Part shown: positions 12,482 through 26,247 of the stretch, in pieces
Position numbering within the stretch: position 1 is the first letter of the stretch
Layout: every line of letters begins with the position of its first letter
Origin: Octopus bimaculoides
Taxonomy: Eukaryota
Length of the DNA: 45,833 nucleotides
Assembly: GCF_001194135.2 (NCBI RefSeq)
Contig: NC_068992.1
Coordinates: 51,404,587-51,450,419 of the forward strand
Direction: 5' to 3'
The notes under the pieces: model-generated
The model's database searches: none
The model's input: the letters and a program-made list of their open reading frames with translations, nothing else
Told to the model about the DNA's origin: nothing
Made by a program: the position numbers and the translations under genes

Positions 12482-13039
12482 TTATCTCTCACCAGATGAA
12501 GTACTTTTTTGTTGATCTTACCTAAATGGAAAAGTAAACTATATATATATATATATATATAATTGAGAAAATTGGAGTCAATAAGATTGAGTATGGTTGG
12601 ACATATATTCTTCAATCATTACAATTGTTTCTATGCAATGTAGTTCTCCAGGCATTCAGGTACAGCTGTAAGAGTTTAGTATTTCTTAACTCATTTATTC
12701 TTATTCATTTATTTATTTTTATTTACTTATTTATTTACTTGTTTATTTGCTTATTTCATTTGTTAATTTTGATTACTTACACATATGATAGTAATCAATT
12801 AATAAATAAATCCAAATGAATGTTTACAGGCTGATGTTTGTTGAGTGTCCTCTCCATTTTCTTATTTGCCTTATAAATTCTGGGTAAATTTCTGTTTTAC
12901 CCCCACTCATACCTAGTATTCAATTGTGATACTGCCCTGCAATAGTAAGCGCTTGGATATAAATACGTAGGTATACATCCAGTAGTATATTGGATATTTA
13001 TTATCCCTTAGGTGGTTGCTTAACTTCCAACTCATACAG

Positions 13040-13081
<42 letters not shown>

Positions 13082-14774
13082 GTATATGTATGTATATATA
13101 TATGTATACATGCATCTGGTGTTTTCGCATTAACAAGTGTCTTCGGTTTTTGGCGGATGTTAAATAGGTAAAAAAACTTGCCTATCATACATAACGTAGA
13201 AAAATACGATGAAAATGATTAGTGGTGATGATGGAAATTAGGAAATATAATATCTGCCCTAGGATCATTCCTGACCTTAATGTCCCATTATGCTGCATTT
13301 TCACTCTCTGTCATTCTCTCATTTATTATTCACTCCTTTACCGTTAATGTGACTTCCTTTCTCCTCTGTATCTCTCTTCCATTATAGTACCCAGCTAATA
13401 TGAAATGGTACTGCATCAGATCTCCCTATATTCATTTCCCACATAATACTCCCTTATTATTGATTGGCAACTTTCTTTCTTCTGTTACACCAAACTAAGC
13501 CATTCCTTTCTCTCTCATAACGTTTTGTCTCCCATCACAATGGTTCCCATTACATGGTTTCAGTTCCAGGACACCCTCTTCTATTTTCCAGTCACCACCT
13601 ATCATTTTCCCTTCTGTTATATTACACATACTCTTGCTATTCAATCACATGTATTTACCAATCTCTTTTACTCTTCTCTCTGTTCTCTTTCATATTGTTT
13701 CTTTTCCTCAATTGTCTCTTCTGTCTTTTGCGGTGGCTATGATAGCTCTCTTGCACTTAAGTATGAGAACAGTACAAAATAATGAAGAAGGGAAACTGGT
13801 TATAGAAACCCTGACAAAAACTTAATTTACAAGTGAAGCATATTCCTCAACACATCCACGGTTGTAGCAACCTTGAAAAAAAAAACTGATTCAAATCTTT
13901 GCAAAATATGCCAGCATAAAACGATGATGATGATAATGATTAATATGAGGGTTAGTTTACTTTTGCCTGCATTTTTAGAAATATTATCAGGAAGCAATGA
14001 AATTTTAATAAATTCTTTTATAAAAAAAAAAAAATGTATATTTACAGCAAAACATTTTGAAAAATATTTTGTTTACATAAACAAAGAATAATATTTACTT
14101 TTGTATGAAAATATAGGACCTGAAAGATAAAACATTTCATTGTTAGATAAGAGGTCTCATTGCAACTGAACTCTGAGAATCTAGGGAAAATATAAAGAAA
14201 ATTTATGAAATATAATGAATGATTTGATGAACAGATTAATATTGAAAAGGAAAGAAAAGACAGAATAACTTGATTAGGTAAGGGTATGGGTTGGTTACGA
14301 AATAAATTGGAAAAGTTATTTCTACACTGTACGAAGAAACTTTCCAAATAAGTGCTCTTTTGTATTTTCATGGTTTTATATGTTCTTATTCATAAGTTTT
14401 AAATATTAATGGCTACAGAAAGAGCCTTATTTTAGCATTGCTGCAATTTTGGAATGCCAGAGATGATTGTTCTTTTATTTCTTATGAATTTCATTTATAT
14501 AAGAAGATATGTTTTGTTCTTTTAACTTCATAACAAATGCAAAGCTCGGATAAAATCTTGTAGGTGGTATTATTTGCAAAGAGAATGTCAAGGCAAAATT
14601 GTAGCACATAATTGAAGAAATTCAAACAAACTAATCTTACAAAAGAAGAAATTTATGCTAAGAAAATATCCAAAGATTAGAAGAGATTACTCCTAGTCTT
14701 TTCAAAGTCATACACTGGAGATAAAATGTGTGAATGGATTAACTAGTGAGCAAATAATTCATGAGCTGTAAATC

Positions 14775-14995
14775 TTTTATCTTTCACTTGTGGGGCACCA
14801 CCTTGAATTTTTAGGCAAATGGATTGACCCCCAATACTTATTATTTTAAGCCTGATACTTATTCTGTTGGTCTCTTTTGCTGAACCACTAAGTTACAGGG
14901 ATGCAAACACACCAACACTGGTTGTTAAGCAGTGGTGGTGGTGGTGGTGGTGGAGCAAACACAGACTGAAAGACACACATATATATATGTATATA
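14775..14995 (-). mobile_element. SINE 3' half
   Basis: tacttattctgttggtctcttttgctgaaccactaagttacagggatgcaaacacaccaacactggttgt matches the body of 33060-33530. Confidence 0.8.
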
Positions 14996-14997
14996 CA

Positions 14998-15225
14998 TCA
15001 TCATCGTCATTTAATGTCTGCTTTCCATGCTGGCATGGGTTGGACGGTTTCACTGAGGACTTGCAAACCAGAAGGCTGTACCAGGCTCCAATCTGACCTG
15101 GCAAGGTTTCTACAGCTGGATGCCTTTCCTAACACTAACCACTCCAAGAGTGTAGTGGGTGCATTTGACGTAACACAGGCATGAGGGCCAGTCAGGTTGT
15201 ACTGGCATCAACCGCGCTTAAATGA
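14998..15225 (-). mobile_element. RTE-type 3' tail
   Basis: catcatcatcgtcatttaatgtctgctttccatgctggcatggg...ctacagctggatgcctttcct. Confidence 0.8.
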
Positions 15226-15417
15226 TGCTACATACGTTCACATCTTTTTTTTCCAGTAGTTGCTCTCTTCCATGAGAACATCTCTGACTTTGACAAAAAT
15301 ATTACCTCATCTGCAAACAGATGTAGCTTAGTGACAGGATGGGTTTCTGGGTGTAGAAAATCCATCTCAATGCACTGTCTGACTCACACAAGTAAAAAAA
15401 GTGAACATTAAAATTAT

Positions 15418-15434
15418 GAAGATGATGATGATGA

Positions 15435-15465
<31 letters not shown>

Positions 15466-15640
15466 GACGATGATGACGATGATGATGATGATGAGGACAA
15501 CACTGATGATGATGATGACGATGACGATGATGATGACGATGATGACGACGACAATGATGACAATGATGGTAATGACAATGATAATGATGATGATGATAAT
15601 GATAATGACAACGATGATGACAACGATGATAACTACTTCA
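15418..15640. repeat. Degenerate (GAT/GAC)n microsatellite
   Basis: Directly visible; source of the poly-M/poly-S ORFs. Confidence 0.95.
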
Positions 15641-16117
15641 ATAACTTGATTGTTATCTATTAGTAAACTTATACTTGCTGATATACATCCAAATGTAAAT
15701 ATTACATAAATACTACTCTCCTTTTTTTTTGTTTCCCTTTAAAATATAACATTATCAGCTGAAGATTTTTATACATCAGAATAGCAAAAATCATTAGCAA
15801 TACCTCCTTGTCGACTCCCCATGTCCATTGTTTATGCTTACATTTAGCTAATGCGATACAAAATAGCAAGGAATTTCATTGATTATATCTATGCCCTGCA
15901 GCTTCTTCAAGCTGTTCCTTTAAAGATAATTGAAATACTGGTTGACTATTTCTTTAAATATTTTATAAATTCTATTTTGGTAATATTGTTTTTCCTTCAA
16001 AAAGCATAACAAAATGTTTATTGTACAACATCCATAATTTCACCCTCTATTTTCTTTTCACTGTCATGAAAAATTTTTTGTTTGAGTAGCTTTTAGTAGC
16101 CTTTATAGTATGAAGTA

Positions 16118-16498
16118 GTGGAGGTGCAATGGCCCAGTGGTTAGGCTAGCAGACTCGCGGTCATAGGATCGTGGTTTCGATTCCCAGACTTCGCGTTGTG
16201 CATGTTTATTGAGCGAAAACACCTAAAGCTCCACGAGGCTCCGGCAGGGGATGGTGGCAAACCCTGCTGTACTCTTTCACCACAACTTTCTCTCACTCTT
16301 TCTTCGTGTTTCTGCTGTGCCTGTAATTCAAAGGGTCAGCCTTGTCACAGTGTGTCACGCTGAATATCTCCAAGAACTACGTTAAGGGTACACGTGTCTG
16401 TGGAGTGCTCAGCCACTTGCATATTAATTTCACAAGCAGGTTGTTCCGTTGATCGGATCAACTGGAACCCTCGATGTCGTAAGCGATGGAGTGCCAAC
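16118..16498 (+). mobile_element. tRNA-derived SINE of a distinct family, relatively CpG-intact
   Basis: Pol III box A tggcccagtgg and box B gtttcgattcc; body unlike the other SINEs; ends in (CA)n. Inverted tail fragment at about 21820-21870. Confidence 0.8.
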
Positions 16499-16509
16499 GC
16501 ACACACACA

Positions 16510-16541
<32 letters not shown>

Positions 16542-16554
16542 TATATCAGTGACA

Positions 16555-16760
16555 TGAAGGTTATCTTTTATCTTTCACTTGTTTCAGTCATCTGACTGTG
16601 GCCATGTTATGGCACCACCTTAAAGGGTTTTAGATGAAGAAATTGACCCCAGGACTTACGGGGATATAAACACAGCAACACTAGTTGTCAAGTGATGATG
16701 GTGGTGGTAGTGGTGGTGGTAGGAACAGAAACAGACACAAAAACATATATGAATATACAC

Positions 16761-16825
<65 letters not shown>
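16555..16825 (-). mobile_element. SINE 3' half ending in its internal (TA)n tract
   Basis: tttcacttgtttcagtcatctgactgtggccatg...gaccccaggactta...ctagttgtcaag, then (TA)n. Confidence 0.75.
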
Positions 16826-16826
<1 letters not shown>

Positions 16827-17611
16827 CTTACTATAGAAGTAAAGTGATATTGTAATTAACGTAACTGATGCCTTATACATTATTGCTTACATAATCACAG
16901 GTTTCTCAAACAAACTCATACATCATTCTCCTATTTCTAAAGTTATACTTGTTCTTGTTTAACTCCTTGTCAGCCTTGACCAAGATATCCATTTTTTTTC
17001 TGTTTTTTTTTTTATGTAACCTACCCAGTGATCAATATATCCTTTAAGTTGAAAGGAGAATTTTAGACAGATTTTTGCTGTTACTTTTAACAAGTTGAGA
17101 AACTAAATCATGAGCTTCATGTAAACTCAGTCAAGGTAAACCATGTCTTATTTCACCTGTTTGTTATTATTTCATTTTTCCTTGAAAGTTCCATCTATGG
17201 TGAATGAATTATATATATTTCAGGAAGTGTAATAACCTTTATTAACTTAATTTTTAATGACATTTTGTCTGGCAAGCATCCAACTTCTATCAAGATTTAT
17301 TAAAAGTAGAACACTTACTAAATATATTCTAGTATAGGAAAAGAAAGTAGATTAGTACTAAAGTGTTAGATAGTATCTTTCAATAGGAGTTTACCATTAG
17401 TAGCAGCTCTAAGGACTCAATAAATGGAAAAGGAAATTGAGAATTTCGATTTCATTATTTACTTTTGAATTCAACAGGAGGTATTCACTTATTTTAGATT
17501 GTTGTTTATAAGATATTATTTAAAATCACCTATTTCCTGTCCATTGCAAGTTTGTTACTCCACCTTGATTTAAAGCTTTTCTTTACCTCTAATGACAATG
17601 AGAAAAAACGA

Positions 17612-17810
17612 TGATAATAATTCTTTCTACTAACGGCATAAAACCTGAAATTTTGGGGTGGTAGCTAGTCGATTACTTATTGTATCGACTCTGAAAGGAG
17701 AAAAGGCAAAGTCGACTTTCCTGGAATTTGAACGCAGAACATAATGATGGATAAAATATTGCTAGGCATTTTACCTGGCTTGCTAATGATTCTGCCAGCT
17801 CACCACCTTC
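17612..17810 (-). mobile_element. tRNA-head SINE with a central domain resembling the Meta domain
   Basis: Head ggtggtgagctggcagaatc...gttcaaattcc on the minus strand; core gtcgactttgcc..tttcagagtcgatacaataag. Meta-domain assignment is from memory, unverified. Confidence 0.7.
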
Positions 17811-17813
17811 TTA

Positions 17814-18053
<240 letters not shown>

Positions 18054-18056
<3 letters not shown>

Positions 18057-18310
18057 ACAATTCCTATCATAGTAGGTGCCTTAGGTATAATAAAAAAATA
18101 TTCAGACAAATACATAACCAAAACACCAGGACTTACAAATATATATAACATACAGAAGATTGCACTACTGGGCAGTGCACACATCCTACGCAAAACACTT
18201 TCAATACAGTAACCATAAGAGCATCACAGCAAACCACAGCACATACCCAAGGCACACAGAGCTGCGCTCGGTAGTGAAGTGAAAGCACGTTATAAAAATA
18301 AAACCACTGA
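18054..18310 (+). mobile_element. 5'-truncated R4/Dong-like non-LTR retrotransposon (C-terminus of restriction-like endonuclease region plus 3' UTR)
   Basis: 18054-18212 reads ETIPIIVGALGIIKKYSDKYITKTPGLTNIYNIQKIALLGSAHILRKTLSIQ*, matching the P(I/V)xxGALG...QKxxLLGxAxILR motif; flanked by TAA repeats on both sides. Confidence 0.75.
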
Positions 18311-18569
18311 ATAATGATAATAATAATAGTGGTGGTGGCTAATTGCTCAATCTGCAAGAGAGAGCAGCAATATTTCCCTTTAAATTACATTCCGCTGCCT
18401 AAAATATTGGAGGCTGCATTGGTTATTACAGTCTTAGAGATGTAATGTCTGAACATAACATAAGACGGCTGCAGTCACAATGTTCTTGATTATTGGTTTG
18501 GTCATGCAGAGTTTATCTGGGATTAACCATCAACGAATACATATATGTAGAATTTTTTCTAATTTTAGC

Positions 18570-18780
18570 ACAAGGCTAGGAATTCTAAGGGGAAGAGTAT
18601 ATCAATTATGTTGACCCCTGTACTTGACTGGTACTTTATTGACCCTGAAAGGATGAAAGGCACAGTTGACCTTGTCAGGAGTTGAACTCAGAACATGAAG
18701 AGCCAGAAGAAATGCTGCTAAACATTTCGTCCTAGGCCCTTAAAACTCTACTAAATTCTGCCATCTGACTGCCTTCTACA
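18570..18780 (-). mobile_element. Second copy of the Meta-like SINE
   Basis: ttgacccctgtacttgactggtactttattgaccctgaaaggatgaaaggcacagttgacc...gagttgaactcagaac. Confidence 0.7.
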
Positions 18781-18849
18781 CGTATACACAGTAACAGTTA
18801 TCATAAGTTAGTGTAAGCCCTTATTTAAGGACTCTAACCATTAAAAATA

Positions 18850-19790
18850 TTGGGTTGGCAAGAAAGTAATTCTTGTTTTTTACTGTGAAATAAAAGTCAT
18901 TTCTTTTTTCATACAAAGAATGAACTTTAATCAATTATATAGTTTCCATTTTGTTCAATGATCTTTTCTTTTGCCATCTTTCTGCCAACTTAATGATTCC
19001 ACACTCATAGAACTTCTAGTCCTTAACAGTCAAAAACTGAAGCAAATGTGATTTCAGGCCATCATAATTATTGAAAGTTTTACCATTCAAAGAATTTTGC
19101 AAACCTTGAAATAAATGGTAATATGATGTTATAAGGTCAGGGCTGTATGGTGGATGTGACATCACTTCCCAACCAAGCTCCAATAATTTTTCACGAGTTA
19201 GCAAAGATGTGTGTGGTCTAGCATTGTCATGGTGGAACACCATTCCTTTACGATTTGCTGATTCTGGCCGGTTTTCTTTGATTGCTTCCTCCAGTTTCAT
19301 TAGTTGTTGACAGTAAACATCTGAATCGATCGTTTGGTTCCTTGGAAGCAGCTCAAAATACACAACACCTTTGTACGCCCACCAGATTGACAGCATGACC
19401 TTTTTTTGATGCAATTCAGCTTTCGATGTGGTTTATACTGGTTCATTACGCTCAGACCATGATTGTTTTTGATTGATGTTATTTTCATCACCAGTGATGA
19501 TTCGTTTCATAAAAAGATCAATTTCATTGCTTTTGAGATGCATATCACAAATATTAAGTGAATCTCTTTCAATTTATGTGGAATCCAAATATCGAGCTTA
19601 ATGAGTGTAAGACATTTTAAGTGATTTTCAATTGTTGTGTGTGATATATTTAACTGCTCTGCAATCTTTCACACCGCACAGTATATGACAATCAGATTCA
19701 ATTATGGCTTTGATTCAGTCATCATCAACTTCAGTAGGTCGACCAGAATGTTAGTCATCTTTGAGTGAAAAATCCCCAGAATGGAATTTT
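18850..19790 (-). mobile_element. Decayed mariner (Hsmar1/cecropia-like), 5' end missing
   Basis: TA then TIR ttgggttggcaagaaagtaatt at 18850; ORF 19016-19414 with LSIWW, YFELL, HHDNARPH, PPYSPDL; IITGDE and SGRP motifs upstream; last catalytic D mutated. Confidence 0.92.
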
Positions 19791-20969
19791 TAAACTATTT
19801 AAACTATGGGCATAGCATGAAATAAATGTCTCTTCTGTATAAGCTAAGTAGGACAGCTTTATTTAGATTGTTTACCACTAGTCAGTTGATTAGAATAATA
19901 TCAAATAACTTTGTTTCAAGCTAAAAAAAAAATTAAAATGTTGTCTGCATTACTTATTCTTTAGGTATTAAAATAATCAAGACATCTTAGGTTCATTAAA
20001 TACGAAAAAAAAAAGATGATAGGGGGTGGGGTAAGTATTAAGAAAGTATACAGCACTGAAAGAATTAAGCTCATAGTAATAAGATATTTTATAAAATAAG
20101 TTCTTTCCAAGAGAGTAAAAGAGTGTAAATCTGCTGCTAAGATTTGAACACAATATTGAAATTAATCTGGTGGTTCTTCTTTATTTTATGTACATGAAGT
20201 CATGGTGTATACTTGTCTATTACATTCAGTGTGGGCTATTATATCCTGTATACAGCATAGTTCTGAAACAAATCACTGTTCACCATTAATTTGTATATAA
20301 AATTCTATTAGTAATATACATAAAATTGTATTAAGAAGAGGCATATATATATCATGATACAAATAAGAGCCATACAAAATTAATCTAGGAATAACAATAA
20401 TATATCTATTTAGTGGATACTTTTATTCAAATGACAGTATATGATTCTCTTCTCAAATCTATGGTGCTGTTCATAGATATATACATTCATTTGTAATATG
20501 TTTGGAGAAAGTAACCTCAAGGGATTAGGAAATATATTAGAAGTTCAAATTTCAGCAGCTGGTGGAGTAGAATTTCTTTCAGACTTCTTTTAAGAGCAAG
20601 ACACGGTTTAGAAAAATGGTTGAACGTTATAATTATTTATACTGAGGTGAAGTCTTCAGGTTTCATTTCTCATATCCATTCTTTAATTTAAATGACAGTA
20701 TTTCAGCTGCTGGAATCATGAAATAATTTAACTCAAATATTTTGATATTAACATGTATTATATTTAGAATTTTCATGGACACTTTGGACATTTCTTTGTG
20801 TTCAAAATCTATTTTCTCATGTTGCAACTTCTTCATTTATCAAGTTCACAATTCTAAACATAGAATAATTTACCAGAAATTTGTTCAGTAAATGATTTAT
20901 CAGATAAAAGTTGGTGAAAATAAAATTGACAGTTCCATAAAGAAGTGCTATTGACTGAAAGATGAATCT

Positions 20970-21375
20970 TGTGGAAGATATGGGACAAAGTACTGAGAGA
21001 CGATCTCAGAATGCTGGACCTTTCAGACCAGATGACAAAGGATAGAGATACCTAGTAACTTGTACTCAAGAAGACCCATACTCCACAGCAGGAATGTGAA
21101 TGCCACAACCCCTGGTGAAGAGGATTGGGCTGTGAGAAGCCTGTGCCAGAACCATGTAAAAAGCAATCATGCTGGTGCCAGGTAAGAGTGCTTGTGCCAG
21201 TGGCATGTTAAAGGTACCTAGTACATACTTAAGTGGCTGGCATTAGGAAGGGCATCCAGGTGTAGAACCCAAGACAAATCAGATTGGAACCTGATGCAGC
21301 TTCCTAGCTTGCCAGCTCTTGTCAAACCGTCCAACCCATGCCAGCATGGAAAATGGACGTTAAAATGGACGTTAA
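20970..21375 (+). mobile_element. RTE LINE 3' fragment
   Basis: KIWDKVLRDDLRMLDLSDQMTKDRD, then 3' UTR ggcattaggaagggcatccag...catgccagcatggaaaatggacgtt (terminal 12-mer duplicated). Confidence 0.8.
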
Positions 21376-22826
21376 AAGGTGGTTTCTGGAGTGTAACTAG
21401 GGTATTAGTCTTTACTATCTTTCTATGATCAAGGTTTTAGCCTCTGTCTCTCTCTGTCTCTCTGTCTCTCTCTATCTCTCTCTCACTCTCTCTCAAGAAG
21501 AGCAAGTTTCTAAAGCATCTGATTTTTCCCTTGTCACTATGTCTTGCGGATTCTCAAAAAAAAACAAATCTAAAATGGAAATTAATAATCGTCATTTTAC
21601 AGCACAACACTTGAAAATTGCAAACTGTAATGCATGAAACCTAATGTTGTATCAAAAGCCAACAAATATAGAAAGCATTTATCCATCAGTGCAGTGCTAA
21701 GTACTCATTTTCATTGTTTTCTACTAATGTATGTGTATGTGCATACATCATATATTATCAGTTAATTATCCATAAGTCAGGAAAAAAGTACACTTGATAT
21801 AGCTGGTACTGGTACTCCATCGATTATGACGATGAGGGTTCCATTTGATCCGATCAATGGAAACCTTTCCACCACTGCAGCACAGTGCAGGTGCCTCTCC
21901 AGGACACTTCCTTGCTTTACAATGTATGCACTCAGTTGTCATTGCACCAATGGAAACTCTAGTGTGATCTGCATAATGAACTGGTGGATCATAATTGAAA
22001 ACTGCTTCATAGAAGTTGCTTCTCTGAGCTGTTGCAACTGCTCTTCATTCTGAGCATCTTTTCAACCTTTCTAAAAAAATTATAAATGAATATATTTGTC
22101 ACATACTTGTGATAAGTATAAGAAATAGAGATAGATCAAAAATAAATAAATAAATCTCTATAAAGGGTATGGATACGAGCAACATAAGAAGCGAACCCAT
22201 ATACACACACAAACACACACATAATAACTCCACAGACAGCTGCAACAGTATCAACAACAGGACTAACAACGATAGCAGCAGCAGTGACAATGACGGCAAT
22301 AACTACAACAACAACTACCATGGCAACGCTGTGGACGAACACAGAAACACGGAGAGTTACAAAAACTGTACCAAATTTTCGGGTCCTGGGACAGCAGCAG
22401 CAACAATGGCGGGGGGGGGGAGTATGGGGTTAAAGGGAAGGCCATACAGCTGCTAAGAACAATGACATGCACACACAAGCATACTCACACATGCACACAC
22501 ACACAGATATACACATGCACACACACACACACACACACGCACACACACACGGAAACAGACACAAACGCATGTGCACATAAGGATACACATCATAGAAGAG
22601 AAGAATGGAGTAAGTGGAACAAGAACACACACACGAAGAGGAAAAGTGTTGCTGAAGAGGTCACAGATGTGTGATGAAAGATTTCCAGACAATGGACATG
22701 AGCTAGAATAATAACAGTAGTAAACGAGTAATAAACAGTGATAAACAAGTGAAGAACAAATATATAGTGTGTGTGCCTATTTGGCAAAAATATGACCATC
22801 CCGAAATACAACAATAAATATATATG

Positions 22827-22864
<38 letters not shown>

Positions 22865-23896
22865 CACTGATGATGCTGAGAGTGTAGAAAACTAGAAAAC
22901 ATCGAACATATTTTCATGAGAAAATTAACTATAGTTATATTGAAAGGAGCAAATATAAAAATCAGAAAGTGGGAAGGAACAAATATGAAAACAGTGGATA
23001 ACAATTCAAATAGGAGCAAATTAAAATAATAATGACAGCAGATTAGAAAATGGAAAATCTAATGAAACTGTCAAATGTATCGCCATTGAAATTGTGTAAA
23101 AATGTGAAATTTTGAAATCATTATAGGGAAGTTTAGCTAAAATGGATACATAGCTTAAATTAAAATTATAAGAACAGGAAGTTGATTGAAATGTTCTGAA
23201 GTAACAGGATATGTGAACTAAAGTGATATATGGATAGAAATAGCAGGAAATTAATGCTGTTTATGATTTAAAGACTAATGGATAGTTGAAGAAATATTGC
23301 AAGAAAAATAAATTGTTATATAAAGGTAATGGACAGTCAGAGGACGGATTATCTGAAATGAAGGGGATTAAATAACTGAAAGGTAAACAGAAACATGATA
23401 TAATGTGCAAGAAGTTTTTTAAAATCTTCTTTGATTTTAATAAACAATGTTCATATTTTGGAAGTGAAAGATTGAATTTTTGCTCGGGAAACAATGGATG
23501 AACTGAAACATTTAATAAGACGGAACATTTAACAAGATAAAAACAACATAATTTCTTTACAGAATTGTTATTCTCTTCATAACAATTGATTCTATTGGTC
23601 TTTAATGTTTTAATGCTACTGTTAAGAGAGAATGGTTCAACATTTTGTCTAAATGGTGTAGAAGTGGAATATACAAATGAAGAATACATTTATAAAAATG
23701 GAAATCAAACAATCCACTGTGAGATTTTATGTAACAGGAGAGTCCCTTTGTATTGCAATATTGTAATGAGTATTCTTATTGCCAAAATCCAAGAACACGG
23801 TTATTTCAGCTTGATGTCAGTTTAAATTGTTGATCTCCTCTCCACCCCATAATTCTTAGTTCATTATTCTTAAAGAAATAAGAATTCTTATTTCTT

Positions 23897-24632
23897 CCAG
23901 ATGAAGATTTGATTTGGCTTTTCTCAAACGAGAAAAACTTGGACCAAGATAAAAAAAAAGTTAACAGAAGAAATGACAGATGATTATGTGAAGACCCTTC
24001 TGAAGTTCCATTTGTTATGCATACAAAGTTTCCTGCAACTGTCATGGTTTTAAGGGTTGTTAGGAATGAAGGACATGTAATGCCTCCTTACTTCTTTCCA
24101 CAAGGCCTTAGAATTAACTCTGCCACCTACAATGAGGTCCTGGAAATAATTGTTAAGCTCTGGATAGACAGTGTATGCAATGAAAGGTCATATGTGTTTC
24201 AATAAGACTCTGCACTATCACACATGGCTCTAGTAACACAGGAATGGATGGCTGAAAATGTTCATGATCGCATAAGCCCTGACATTTGGCCTCCTAATTC
24301 TCCAGATCTCAATCCATTGGACTATTACGTGTGGAGCGTTGTTGAGAGAGAGAGATGAATGAACACGCCCATAATACCAAAGATTCTTTGAAAGCTGCCA
24401 TGGTCTGAGTAATGTCCAAAATGAACCACGACCACTTGATTCGAGCATGTAGATGATTTAGATCTCATATAGAAGCAGTTGTTGAAGCTGAAGGTGGCTT
24501 TATTGAATAACATTAAAGAAAAGAAGGTTTATTATCTTCATATTATTTTTTGATAAACAAAAATTATTATCTGTTATTATATATCGTTTTTTTTATAAAG
24601 ATAAATCTGTCCTCAATATTTTAAGCACCCTG
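23897..24632 (+). mobile_element. Decayed maT (DD37D) transposon, 3' part
   Basis: FSNEKN, MHTKFPATVMV, Q*DSA(37 aa)D with WPPNSPDLNPLDY; ends ttaagcaccctg|TA. Multiple stops. Confidence 0.9.
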
Positions 24633-24759
24633 TACATACAGTAGTATCAGCTCNNNNNNNNNNNNNNNNNNNNNNNNNNNNNNNNNNNNNNNNNNNNNNN
24701 NNNNNNNNNNNNNNNNNNNNNNNNNNNNNNNNNNNNNNNATAGACACTCTAATAATCAT

Positions 24760-25760
24760 AAAAATTTATTTAAATCTGAAATTATACATTCGAATTATTT
24801 ATTAATTGTTACAATGTGAATATTTAATATTTAGAAGACATGCCTTTTGCATTTTGCAATACAAGGATCCTATTAGGCATGCTACTCATCAGATGAAGAA
24901 TATTCTCTCGAGGAATTTCTTACCAAGTTTCATGCAGCAATCTCAAAAGATCTGGCTTTGAAGATGCTTTCTTGTTCTTTTTATGAAGTGTCCTGTCCAT
25001 TATGACCCAGAGGTGTTCAATAGGGTTCATATCTGGTGACTGGCTTGGCCATGGAAGCTTTTTAATGCCATTCTCATCCAACAAATCTTGGGTCATTTTA
25101 CCCATGTAACAAGAAGCCCCATCTTCCATAAATAAAGAGTCTTTAATCATTTCACCACTGGAGAAGATTGGAAGGAATCCTTTCTGCAATGTGGACACAT
25201 ATTTATCTGAGTTTATGTTTCTCCCACACTCTACCAGCTCTGACTGACCATTGCTCAAATTGCTCCCAGATCATCACAGAATAACTGCTATGTTTCATTG
25301 TTGGCTGCAATCTTTGCACATCAAATTCTTGATCACAGAGTCTCAAGACCCACACTCAACCACTGTCAGGAAATACAGCAAACCTGGACTCATCAGAGAA
25401 TATGACAGTGTCCCATAATGCCCAATCCTTTTTCAGTTTGATGTTGGCTGGTCGAAGACAGCTGTTCTGGGACTGACATCAATTTGTTCTGCAATTTCAG
25501 AGGCCTTGCAACGAGGATTACCATCCACGCTTCTCTTAGCAAAGAGAAGGGTTCTGTCAGAGGGCCCTGGTTGATCTGAGCGAGGTGATCACTCCATTAA
25601 CTGTAGAAAGCGGGATCCCAAGGTTTTCTGCAATTTTACATTATGTCCACCTTCAGAATGAACCACAATACGGCCTCTTTGAAATTCAGACATTTCCAAA
25701 GCTTCTTTCGTAAATGGCCTGATCACATATAAAACCTGAAACATAAAAATGTTAATTAAT
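24760..25760 (-). mobile_element. Decayed Tc1-family (DD34E) transposon
   Basis: EDGASCY(34 aa)E with WPSQSPDMNPIEHLW; N-terminal MSEFQRGRIV; FSDES motif near 25400; one end borders the gap. Confidence 0.88.
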
Positions 25761-25905
25761 AAAAAATATAAACCTTTACAAGTTAGAATAAACATAAAAC
25801 GATGTTTTATGGCGTATCTATTTACTTCTATCATGTTTGTGTATGTATGTATATATATATATACATATATATCAGTCTGTCTGTGTGGGTGTATATACGT
25901 GTGCA

Positions 25906-25945
<40 letters not shown>

Positions 25946-26247
25946 AGTAGTTAAGTCTAAGTCTGACCATAGAGCGGCCAATGGTTTTGCATACAAAGAG
26001 GGCTTAGCCCCATTGACGTCTCATCAGACACTAAAGCCAAAGACAAAAGTAACTCTTCATCTCTGGGAGGTAGTAAATATGGTCATCTGGTCAGTAAGTT
26101 ACCAAAGAATATATGTGTTAACAAAACTGATGCAAAATTGTGAGGCTTCATCCCATGTGAAAATGAATGCAGCATGGTCATGTGAAAGTGAATGCTGCAT
26201 GATTCTGAATGAAACTGTTACATAGCTGAGTTTTGTGGTTAAATATA

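Noticed and set aside
16118-16200. tRNA-like sequences with pol III boxes (also 33060-33130 and others)
   Set aside because: They continue into SINE bodies with no closed cloverleaf, so they are SINE heads, not tRNA genes.
22169-22456. 95-aa N/S/D-rich ORF
   Set aside because: Built from degenerate CA/AAC/AGC repeats; no domain or splice support.
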